A DNA stretch of 64,000 nucleotides from Flavobacteriales bacterium UBA7878. GTDB taxonomy: Bacteria > Bacteroidota > Bacteroidia > Flavobacteriales > Schleiferiaceae. The notes under the pieces are model-generated. The model did no database searches. It was not told where the DNA came from and was given only the letters and a program-made list of their open reading frames with translations. Numbering within the stretch: the first letter of the stretch is position 1; each line of letters opens with the position of its first letter. A program made the translations under genes and the position numbers. The stretch lies in assembly GCA_002501205.1 (NCBI GenBank), contig DLRW01000073.1, forward strand, positions 48,287 through 112,286, in the 5' to 3' direction. Shown in pieces: positions 34,961 through 43,273 of the stretch.

Positions 34961-34963
34961 TTA

Positions 34964-36787
34964 TTACCTTTTCTCCTCCACCCTAAAGAAATACCCCGAT
35001 CCCACATAGTTATCGGCGTTTCGCCAGATAGGCAACCAGCTATAACGAGCTACGGCTCCCCCATCTTTATCATCGATCCCCACATTCAAACGCAGGTATT
35101 GCCAGTTTTCACCCTGGAAGCTTTGGATATAGGAAATCGGCAGGGCCAGTTCACCTTCATAACCATAGTCGGTTTGGCGGCAAATCATCTTGGTGCCTTT
35201 CGGAAGATTGTTACGATAAGCCACGGAAGCTGTGGTATCATTTGCCGGGCTAAGCTGCTGAACGAAGTCCTGGGCATACCAATCATGACCTACACTTACA
35301 GCCCCGCGTCCCATCTTTTCAGCATTGGCTACAAAGCTCAAATTGTCTTGCTGCCAGGTAGCACCACCGCCATAGGATTGGATGGTGTCGTCTGTAACTC
35401 GCGCCGCAACGTAAACGTATTGCTCATCATAGGCCAGGTCGAACTCCACCTTTACCCTACCGGCATTGCGTTTGAAAGCATAGCTCATGGCGCCCCATTC
35501 TTGGGTCGAGCCATCCACTTTTGGCTTTTGGGAACATTGTTTCAAGGCTCTTTTTCGTAGGGGCTTAATCCTGTAAACATAGGGATAGGAGATATGGGCA
35601 GGCTCACCTTCAGCGCCCAGCTCTAAATCGGCAAACAGTTGGGCGGGAATTAAGGAATCACCTTCTCGAGAAAGGAGGTTTAAATTCATGAAAGCCACGC
35701 TGTTCGGAGCGACCGAAATTTGGCTGCTATCCGCGAATAGCGCTAGGTTAGGGCTGTTTTGGGTACGGAAATTCAAGCGCATGGGAACATTTTCATCATT
35801 GGTGATCTTCAAGCGTAGGCTGCCTGATTCAAAATGCTCACCTTCATAAAAGAGAGGTTCAATTTCGATGGGTGAATGGGCGCTAAATTTCTCAATCAAA
35901 GTCTTGGTATCTTGGGTAACTACATCTTCGGTCCAAATACCATCCAAAGCCAAATTGGCCATAATGGGGCCTTGATCGGTCATGGTCACCCACATCATAT
36001 GATCGAACTCCCCCAATTTAGGTCCGCGTAAGCCTGATCCGCCACCAGTCGTGGCCAAGGTAAAGTACTTGCCATTATTACGCTTTTCCTTCACATAGCG
36101 ATGCTCGTGCCCAGCATAAACAGTGTGATTGCGGTCGCCTAAAAGGGCTTCCAGCTCTTGCCAACGTACCGTGTTTCTCTGATGCCAAAGGGGTTGATGC
36201 ATGAAGATTAGCGTCCAGCGCACATCAGGATTATCCTTTAAAACTTTGGCGGCATATTCAAATTGGGCATCGGAAATAGTGCCATGTCCAGCTCCCCTTT
36301 GCTGGTCCTCGGAATTGAGGCAGAGGAATAAGACATCTTTATAAGTGAAGTGGTAATAAGTAGATCCAAAGCGCGAAAGCCATTCTTTTTCCATTACTGC
36401 ATTGGTAATATCATGGTTACCAGGCACATAGAAGAAAGGCATTTGCAAATGACCCACAAAAGAATTGAACTCATTCCATTGGCGGGCCAGCTCGATGGTA
36501 TCCAGAGTATAGCCTTCGATGAGGTCGCCTACGCTCATCACAAATTCGGGCTGCATTAGGTTGAGCTTATTTACCCCATCCATAAAAACCCCGGGACGAT
36601 GACCGCCAGTACGATCGGTTACAATCGCAAATTGAAAACGACAAGGGTCATTCTGAAAAGCCAGGTGGTTAAAGGGCTGAGCCGCTGTACTGGTATCTAC
36701 CGAAAAGTTAAAATCAGTAGAACAGTTCTCCTGGGCCTGGGCCGATCCAAAGCAGATCACCGTAAGGTAAAAAAGCACTTTTTTCAT
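34964..36787 (-). CDS. Secreted calcineurin-like metallophosphoesterase with C-terminal carbohydrate-binding-like domain
   Basis: Signal peptide MKKVLFYLTVICFGSAQA. Motifs FAIVTDRTGG, SVGDLIEG, VPGNHD and AGHEH are present. The roughly 200-aa C-terminal beta-rich domain is not firmly identified. Confidence 0.75.
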   Translation of the reverse strand: MKKVLFYLTVICFGSAQAQENCSTDFNFSVDTSTAAQPFNHLAFQNDPCRFQFAIVTDRTGGHRPGVFMDGVNKLNLMQPEFVMSVGDLIEGYTLDTIELARQWNEFNSFVGHLQMPFFYVPGNHDITNAVMEKEWLSRFGSTYYHFTYKDVLFLCLNSEDQQRGAGHGTISDAQFEYAAKVLKDNPDVRWTLIFMHQPLWHQRNTVRWQELEALLGDRNHTVYAGHEHRYVKEKRNNGKYFTLATTGGGSGLRGPKLGEFDHMMWVTMTDQGPIMANLALDGIWTEDVVTQDTKTLIEKFSAHSPIEIEPLFYEGEHFESGSLRLKITNDENVPMRLNFRTQNSPNLALFADSSQISVAPNSVAFMNLNLLSREGDSLIPAQLFADLELGAEGEPAHISYPYVYRIKPLRKRALKQCSQKPKVDGSTQEWGAMSYAFKRNAGRVKVEFDLAYDEQYVYVAARVTDDTIQSYGGGATWQQDNLSFVANAEKMGRGAVSVGHDWYAQDFVQQLSPANDTTASVAYRNNLPKGTKMICRQTDYGYEGELALPISYIQSFQGENWQYLRLNVGIDDKDGGAVARYSWLPIWRNADNYVGSGYFFRVEEKR

Positions 36788-36885
36788 AAATCAAAGGAAG
36801 CAAACTAAGGTTAGCCAGAGGTTAAGGGCAAATATCTATTAAGACCGAAAATGGAAATGACCTTCGGCATTCGCGTTAAGCGCTT

Positions 36886-36893
36886 TACCTTTG
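36886..36893 (+). promoter_or_regulatory. Candidate -7 promoter box (TACCTTTG)
   Basis: Exact TAnnTTTG match, 16 nt upstream of the ATG at 36910. Confidence 0.35.
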
Positions 36894-36909
36894 CGGCAAA
36901 ATTTGAACT

Positions 36910-37680
36910 ATGTCGGAGGCATTACAACAAGGATACATTCAAACCAGCATTGAAGATGGTGTAGCGAGCATTGAGTTTTTTCACCCAATGAGCAATTCGC
37001 TGCCCAGCAAACTTTTATCAGAGTTGGCAGCGGCCATTACTGAGGCCGGTTCGAATGAGGCCGTGAAAGTGATTGTATTGCGATCTGCAGGTGAGCGTGC
37101 TTTTTGCGCGGGTGCCTCTTTCGATGAATTGATTTCCATCCAGGATTTAGATCAAGGTAAGAAGTTCTTCAGTGGCTTTGCCAATGTGATCAATGCCATG
37201 CGTAAATGCCCCAAGTTAATTGTAGGTCGTGTGCATGGTAAGGCTGTGGGTGGAGCGGTAGGCTTGGCCTCGGCAGTAGATTATTGTTTTGCCACAAAAT
37301 TTGCTTCGGTAAAATTATCAGAGTTGGCAGTAGGTATTGGCCCATTTGTGGTAGGACCGGCGGTAGAACGCAAGGTGGGCTTAAGTGCGATGAGCGAACT
37401 AGCGATTAATGCTACTGAATGGCGCGATGCGCAATGGGCGCACCAAAAAGGACTCTATTATCATTTACATGATACAGTGGCCGAAATGGATCAGGCAATC
37501 GCCGAATTAGTAGAGCGTTTAAAGGGCTTTAACCCCGAAGCGATGCGTCAGCTTAAAGAGGTTTTCTGGCAAGGATGCGAAAACTGGGATCAACTATTAG
37601 CAGATCGTGCAGCGATTAGCGGTGAATTGGTTTTATCCGAATTTACCCGCAATGCCATCAATGCCTTTAAGAAGAAATAA
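36910..37680 (+). CDS. Enoyl-CoA hydratase/isomerase family protein
   Basis: 256 aa crotonase fold. It has the RAFCAGASFDEL oxyanion region and the G.AVGGAVGLA segment. Confidence 0.8.
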   Translation: MSEALQQGYIQTSIEDGVASIEFFHPMSNSLPSKLLSELAAAITEAGSNEAVKVIVLRSAGERAFCAGASFDELISIQDLDQGKKFFSGFANVINAMRKCPKLIVGRVHGKAVGGAVGLASAVDYCFATKFASVKLSELAVGIGPFVVGPAVERKVGLSAMSELAINATEWRDAQWAHQKGLYYHLHDTVAEMDQAIAELVERLKGFNPEAMRQLKEVFWQGCENWDQLLADRAAISGELVLSEFTRNAINAFKKK

Positions 37681-37703
37681 TAATTTTGCAAAAAATTGCA
37701 CGA

Positions 37704-38678
37704 ATGCCAAAGGCCGCCCTCCTTATTATCAGCCTCTTGAGCTTGTCTCTCCACGCTCAGAATAATGCTTTAGTAAAAGAAAAAGATGTTCTGGAATTTC
37801 GGAAACTATCCATCCAACGTTTGGGGCAAGATGCTCTGGACACCACCAAATGGGATTTAGGAGGAAATTTCGGGATTCAGTTTACCCAAGCCAGCTACAG
37901 CAATTGGCAGGCGGGTGGTGTGAACTCGATTGCCGGGAACTCCATTTTTAATGGCTTTGCTAATTACATAGGCAAAGGCAAATGGGTTTGGAGTAATGCC
38001 ATGACCTTGGCCTATGGTGTCAACTTTCAGGATACCATTTTCAATAAAACCGACGATCGAATTGAGATCGAATCGCGCCTAGATTACCTCCACAGTAAAA
38101 AATGGAGCTATTCGGCATTACTTAATTTTCGTACTCAGTTTCGTCCCGGTTACGAAAACCCCGGAGATATAGGTGATGATGTAAAGGTTTCGGATTTTAT
38201 GGCCCCGGGCTATTTTCTTTTTGGTTTAGGAGCTACCAATAAGCCGAATAAACGTTTCACTATGTTCTTGTCGCCAATTACGGCAAAGGCAACGATCGTT
38301 ACGGTTCAAAGACTTGCAGATGAAGGAGCCTATGGTGTTGATCCAGGAAGTAACTATCGCTTAGAAGCTGGGGCCTATGCTAACATCACCTATAAGCGCA
38401 AGCTTTGGAAGAATGTGGATTTGCAAGGTCGTATTGATCTCTTTTCCAATTATGTGGAAGACCCAAGCTTAATCGATATCAACTCCGAGCTGATCATGTT
38501 CTTTAAGGTCAATAAGTTTATCAAAGCGAATATTTCTTTGGCCTATATCTACGACCATGATGTGAAGTTCTATTTGGATGAGAATAATCCAGATTTAGGT
38601 GTTCCTCGCTCTCAGTTTAAGCAGGTATTGAGCATTGGCTTTAGCTACGATTTTGGCGCAGCAGCCAAAGATGAGTAA
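37704..38678 (+). CDS. Putative outer-membrane beta-barrel protein (DUF3078-like)
   Basis: The ATG at 37704 gives signal peptide MPKAALLIISLLSLSLHAQ. The sequence has alternating beta-strand character and an aromatic-rich C-terminal region. The family name is from memory. Confidence 0.5.
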   Translation: MPKAALLIISLLSLSLHAQNNALVKEKDVLEFRKLSIQRLGQDALDTTKWDLGGNFGIQFTQASYSNWQAGGVNSIAGNSIFNGFANYIGKGKWVWSNAMTLAYGVNFQDTIFNKTDDRIEIESRLDYLHSKKWSYSALLNFRTQFRPGYENPGDIGDDVKVSDFMAPGYFLFGLGATNKPNKRFTMFLSPITAKATIVTVQRLADEGAYGVDPGSNYRLEAGAYANITYKRKLWKNVDLQGRIDLFSNYVEDPSLIDINSELIMFFKVNKFIKANISLAYIYDHDVKFYLDENNPDLGVPRSQFKQVLSIGFSYDFGAAAKDE

Positions 38679-38788
38679 GGCATTTTTAGCCGATTTTTTC
38701 TTTTTTAAGCCTGTCCTTTAAAGCCTTTCGGCTGAGGGGCCTTCCTTCCCTGTGCATTTCCGATATTTGCAGCAGCAAAAAAATACGC

Positions 38789-40864
38789 ATGTCTGCACCT
38801 AGCAAAAAAGCACCTCTGGTTTCTATCGATATTGCAAAAAAGGCTTTCCGCCTGATGAGTGCTGCCAAACAAATGGCTGAGCTCTACGAAGAGAATAAAG
38901 CGATCACCGCCAAATATGTACACGCGGCCTCTCGCGGTCATGAGGCGATTCAAATAGCATTAGGTTTACAGCTTCAGTCTTACGATTATGTTGCCCCTTA
39001 TTACCGCGACGATTCTATTCTGATGTCGATTGGTATGCGTCCCTACGATTGCATGTTGCAATTATTAGCGAAGCGCGATGATCCTTTTAGTGGTGGACGT
39101 ACTTATTATTCGCATCCCAGTTTAAATGATGCAGATAAGCCTAAGATTCCACACCAGTCTTCGGCTACCGGTATGCAAGCTATTCCCACTTCTGGTGTGG
39201 CGATGGGAATTCAGTACCGCGAAAAGATGGGACTTACTGAAGGAGATGAAAAGGCCATTGCAGTATGTTCTATTGGAGATGCAGCCATGACCGAAGGGGA
39301 GGTTTCAGAAGCTTTGCAGATGGCAGCTTTGAAGCAATTCCCTTTGCTCTTTTTGGTGCAGGATAATGAATGGGATATTTCGGCGAATGCCAAGGAAACC
39401 CGTGCGCAAAATGCCGCTGAATTCGCTCAGGGCTTTAAGGGCATTGAAGTTCGCAGTATAGATGGCAGCAATTTCGAAGAGTCCTATGCCACCCTGAATG
39501 AGGTTATTGAATTGATGCGTAAGGAGCGTCGACCATTCCTCGTACACGCTAAGGTGCCATTATTAGGACACCATACCTCCGGAGTGCGTAAGGAGTTTTA
39601 CCGCGATGATTTGGAAGAGCATGCCTTGCGTGATCCCTGGCCTAAGTTACATACCTGGCTTGCGGAGGAAGGAGTTGAAGAGGTGGAATTAGATACTATT
39701 TACAAAGAGGAAGGCGAGCGTGTTTTAGCCGATTATAATGAGGCACTGGCTCAAGAAGATCCTCGTCCCGAAGACTTATTTACCCACGATTTTGCCCCCA
39801 GTCCCATCACCGAAGAAAAAGGGGAGCGCAGTCCGCAGGGCAAGGAAAAAACCGTGATGGTAGACGCAGCGCTTTTTGCGATTCAAGAAATTATGGCCGA
39901 GCATAAAGAGGCCTTATTATATGGTCAGGATGTTGGTGGTCGCTTAGGGGGTGTATTCCGTGAAGCCGCAACCCTGGCCCAAAAATTCGGCGACGATCGG
40001 GTATTCAATACTCCTATACAAGAAGCCTTTATTATTGGTTCTACCGTGGGGATGAGTGCCACTGGCCTTAAGCCTTTTGTTGAGGTTCAATTTGCAGATT
40101 ATATCTGGCCGGGCTTAAACCAGCTTTTTACCGAAGTAAGCCGCAGTAGTTATTTATCCAATGGCAAATGGCCGGTAAGCTCGGTAATTCGCGTTCCTAT
40201 TGGTGCCTATGGAAGTGGTGGCCCTTACCATTCTAGCTCAGTAGAAAGTGTATTGACCAATATCCGTGGAATTAAGATTGCCTATCCAAGTACGGGAGCT
40301 GATTTAAAAGGTTTGATGAAGGCCGCTTATTATGATCCGAATCCAGTTGTGATGTTGGAGCATAAAGGATTGTACTGGTCTAAGGTAAAGGGAACTGAAG
40401 ATGCTAAAACCGTTGAGCCTTCGGCAGATTATGTTTTACCCTTTGGTAAAGGACGCATCGCTTATGAAGCCAGCGCAGAGAGCATGGCAGACCATAGCAG
40501 TTTATTAGTTATCACCTATGGAATGGGTGTGTATTGGGCTAAAGCTGCCCGACAGGCTTTAAGCAATAAGGTAGAGGTGCTAGATCTACGGACCTTATTT
40601 CCTTTGGATGAAGAGCTAATCCTGGAGCGTGTGAAAGTGCATGGTAAGGTTTTGATTGTAACTGAGGAGCCCTCTCGTAATGGATTCTCTCAAGGACTGG
40701 CAGGATGGATTCAACAGGAAGCCTTCCGTGACCTGGATGCGCCTGTAATGGTGCTGGGTTCTGAGAATATGCCGGCCATTCCGTTGAACAGCACTTTAGA
40801 GGCCGCAATGATTCCTAATGCAGAAAAGGTACAAGCGAAATTAGAAGAGCTCGCAGCCTATTAA
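38789..40864 (+). CDS. Fused alpha/beta E1 component of a 2-oxoacid (branched-chain-type) dehydrogenase, TPP-dependent
   Basis: 691 aa. The N-terminal half is E1-alpha-like (GDAAMTEGEVSEAL, TPP motif region). The C-terminal half is E1-beta-like (transketolase pyrimidine-binding and C-terminal domains: FNTPIQEA, FADYIWP). Confidence 0.85.
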   Translation: MSAPSKKAPLVSIDIAKKAFRLMSAAKQMAELYEENKAITAKYVHAASRGHEAIQIALGLQLQSYDYVAPYYRDDSILMSIGMRPYDCMLQLLAKRDDPFSGGRTYYSHPSLNDADKPKIPHQSSATGMQAIPTSGVAMGIQYREKMGLTEGDEKAIAVCSIGDAAMTEGEVSEALQMAALKQFPLLFLVQDNEWDISANAKETRAQNAAEFAQGFKGIEVRSIDGSNFEESYATLNEVIELMRKERRPFLVHAKVPLLGHHTSGVRKEFYRDDLEEHALRDPWPKLHTWLAEEGVEEVELDTIYKEEGERVLADYNEALAQEDPRPEDLFTHDFAPSPITEEKGERSPQGKEKTVMVDAALFAIQEIMAEHKEALLYGQDVGGRLGGVFREAATLAQKFGDDRVFNTPIQEAFIIGSTVGMSATGLKPFVEVQFADYIWPGLNQLFTEVSRSSYLSNGKWPVSSVIRVPIGAYGSGGPYHSSSVESVLTNIRGIKIAYPSTGADLKGLMKAAYYDPNPVVMLEHKGLYWSKVKGTEDAKTVEPSADYVLPFGKGRIAYEASAESMADHSSLLVITYGMGVYWAKAARQALSNKVEVLDLRTLFPLDEELILERVKVHGKVLIVTEEPSRNGFSQGLAGWIQQEAFRDLDAPVMVLGSENMPAIPLNSTLEAAMIPNAEKVQAKLEELAAY

Positions 40865-40889
40865 GTTGGAGCTTCGATCAAAATAAAAA

Positions 40890-40920
40890 GGGCCGCTGAT
40901 ATTCAGCGGCCCTTTTCTTT
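40890..40920. terminator. Bidirectional rho-independent terminator
   Basis: gggccgctg / cagcggccc 9-bp stem with a 5-nt loop. It is flanked by A5 upstream and ttttcttt downstream. Confidence 0.85.
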
Positions 40921-41257
40921 ATTTAACTCGCAATTGGTTCAAATTTCTTTAAGCGGAATTGATAGTTGAATTTCTTAAACAAGACCCGCCGATTGGTAGT
41001 AATGCTCGGTCCGCTGCAACGATTGTTAATCAAAGATATCTGGCCGCCCTTCTCACTGGCCTTCGATCCTGATTTGTGATTTGTAAATATTCCCATGTCT
41101 CCCCGTATATTGGAGGCCTAATGTAAAAAGTACGATTTAGAATCACAAGCTTAAACCGTTATTTATCAGTAAATTATTTTGGTAAAAAAATTTATATGGT
41201 TAAAAAGCGCCTATTTTACTAACGGTTTATCAACAGGTTCGATTTTCTGTTAGTAGA

Positions 41258-41719
41258 TTATTGGCAGTGGCGATGCGCACCACAACTTGCTGCCCAGGAA
41301 TGGGGTTTTCCTGCTCCTTCAAAGCCCATTGCACTAATCAGGCCTATTGAGGCATCATATAATTGATGAGAGCGAAAGCGAGGGTTTGAATTTATATCAA
41401 CATGTACCGTTATCGAAGTAAGGCCTTTGAGCTCTGAAGCAACAGCTACTGCTTTCTCTACTTCCGTCCATAATCGGGTGTATTGATCCGGCGGAGTTTG
41501 TACTACCTCATTCTTGTAGATCTCACTAACTCCCCTACCAATATCCCACATACAAATGGCAGTACTGTATTTGGTTTGATGGCCTCTGACCTTGGAATCG
41601 CAACCCACGAAAACCTTGCCCCGCGGATGCTTATTAAGCCAGGAGGCTACATAGGCGCGCGGATCTTCAATTACTTTATCGTCGTAGCTGCGGAATACCG
41701 GATTTGGGATGGCCCTCAT
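41258..41719 (-). CDS. RNase H-like YkuK/DUF458-family protein (tentative)
   Basis: 153 aa from the ATG at 41719. The VFVGCDSK motif near the N-terminus and the ITVHVDIN segment resemble DUF458 (from memory). Confidence 0.5.
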   Translation of the reverse strand: MRAIPNPVFRSYDDKVIEDPRAYVASWLNKHPRGKVFVGCDSKVRGHQTKYSTAICMWDIGRGVSEIYKNEVVQTPPDQYTRLWTEVEKAVAVASELKGLTSITVHVDINSNPRFRSHQLYDASIGLISAMGFEGAGKPHSWAASCGAHRHCQ

Positions 41720-41776
41720 TTTCAAATATTTGGGAGAATTTAGGAAAATGTGAGCGAAGGGCCTTTACCCTAAGGT

Positions 41777-41807
41777 TAAAAAGAGAAAGGGAGGCTTATT
41801 GCCTCCC
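41777..41807 (-). terminator. Rho-independent terminator of the M28 peptidase gene
   Basis: gggaggc / gcctccc stem with a 5-nt loop. The minus-strand downstream sequence is tttctcttttt. Confidence 0.75.
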
Positions 41808-41905
41808 CTTGTTTCAAACTAAATCAAAACAATTAACCAAACCTTAACCACAGCTAATAACGGTGCCCAGGGCAATAGGTTCACGGTTTTGAGAAATATT
41901 TTCTT

Positions 41906-43273
41906 TTAGGATTTACAACCCACACAAAGATCATCGCGATCCATCAACCAAATTAATGCGGCGAGGCTGGCAGAGCCCATGGTAAACTCGCGTGCATTTA
42001 CGGAGTTGATATTATCCAGGGCTGAGTGATGCACTTCGAAATAACGATGATTGTCGGGCCGCAGTCCAATTAGAATAATATCGTCGTTCTTAAGCTGACC
42101 TATATCGGCCCCCGAGCCGCCTTTGGAGAATTGATAAATACCATAGGGCTCAAATAATTTGCGATAGGCTTTCAGCTTTTCCACCATCTCATCTGAGGCA
42201 TCAATACTAAAGCCTTTGGGGGTGAAGCCACCGCCATCGCTTTCAATGGCGATTACATGTTTTTCTTTGGCGCTTTTAGCGGCCCTTGCATAAACCCGGG
42301 CTCCGTTTAAACCGAATTCCTCATTCATATACCAGACCATACGCAAAGTGCGCTTGGTTTTAAAGCCCATCTCTTTTAAAAGGTAGAGACTTTCCAAGGC
42401 ATGCATAGCTCCGGCGCCATCATCATGCGCACCGGTTCCTAATTCCCAGGAGTCGATATGGCCGGATACCACAATTACATCATTGGGCTTGCTGCTGCCT
42501 TTAAGGTCGGCAATAAGGTTGTAAGAATAAACGGAATCTTGCCATTCGCAGGCCATTTGCAATTTGATTTGTAAGCCGGGATCCTTTTTCAAAGACTTGC
42601 TTAAAAGCTCAGCGTCAAAGGTACTTAAGGCTGCAGCAGGAATGCGCTTAACCTCATCGGCATAAGCCATACTACCTGTATGCGGATACTTATTAATGCT
42701 GCTGCTCAGGGAGCGGATCACTACCCCAATAGCACCTTTTTTAGAAGCTTCAATAGCGCCGGCCCAGCGTTGCTTTACAGCTGATCCGTAGGCATAGCCC
42801 GTGCTAATAAAGCTGGGATCCATTGGGATATTGAAAAAGGCAATTTTCCCTTTTAGATCCAGACTGTCTAAGGCTTCGAAGGAAGGGATTTCGACCACAT
42901 TGCCGCGTAAGCCTCCCGCAGGAGTGGCGATAGAGCCTCCCAATGCGGTAACGGCCATTGCTATTTGATCAATACCTTGAATTAGCCAGGCTTGTTCCTG
43001 CGGACCGCGAACCCAGTGTGGTACCTTCACCGCTTGCAAGCGGGTTTCGAAACCCATGGAGTCTAATTTGGCCTTGAAGTGTAATACAGAGGCTGTGGCC
43101 TGATCACTGCCCGCAAAGCGTGGTCCCATGCTGCAAAGCTCTCGCAGCCATTCATAGCCCTGTTGTTCAGTGAGAGCCTGGGAATAAATTTCCCGAAAGG
43201 TTTCGGCTTCCTTCTGCGCACTAAGCTGGAAGCCAATCAGGGCCAAGAGGCCAGGGAGCCAGAACTTTTTCAT
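41906..43273 (-). CDS. M28-family metallo-aminopeptidase
   Basis: The ATG at 43273 gives signal peptide MKKFWLPGLLALIGFQLSAQ. Metal-ligand motifs are SGHIDSW, HDDGAGA and NEEFGLNGA. The 80-codon upstream extension of ORF 41906..43513 overlaps the preceding gene. Confidence 0.85.
   Translation of the reverse strand: MKKFWLPGLLALIGFQLSAQKEAETFREIYSQALTEQQGYEWLRELCSMGPRFAGSDQATASVLHFKAKLDSMGFETRLQAVKVPHWVRGPQEQAWLIQGIDQIAMAVTALGGSIATPAGGLRGNVVEIPSFEALDSLDLKGKIAFFNIPMDPSFISTGYAYGSAVKQRWAGAIEASKKGAIGVVIRSLSSSINKYPHTGSMAYADEVKRIPAAALSTFDAELLSKSLKKDPGLQIKLQMACEWQDSVYSYNLIADLKGSSKPNDVIVVSGHIDSWELGTGAHDDGAGAMHALESLYLLKEMGFKTKRTLRMVWYMNEEFGLNGARVYARAAKSAKEKHVIAIESDGGGFTPKGFSIDASDEMVEKLKAYRKLFEPYGIYQFSKGGSGADIGQLKNDDIILIGLRPDNHRYFEVHHSALDNINSVNAREFTMGSASLAALIWLMDRDDLCVGCKS

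Noticed and set aside
34612-34963. Possible CRISPR array
   Set aside because: The repeat units are degenerate and irregularly spaced, with no unique spacers of constant length and no cas genes in the window.
34825-35007. 60-aa minus-strand ORF (RRKGNKATGLLHRSLRLRHRGRRGSQRG...)
   Set aside because: It is an Arg/Gly-rich translation of the tandem repeat units and overlaps the 3' end of the phosphoesterase gene. It is an artefact of repeat DNA.
41225-41257. tRNA-like T-loop sequence (aacaggttcgattttctgtt)
   Set aside because: Only a 5-bp stem with a 10-nt loop is present. There are no acceptor, D or anticodon arms in the flanking AT-rich DNA, so it is neither a tRNA nor a convincing att-site fragment.
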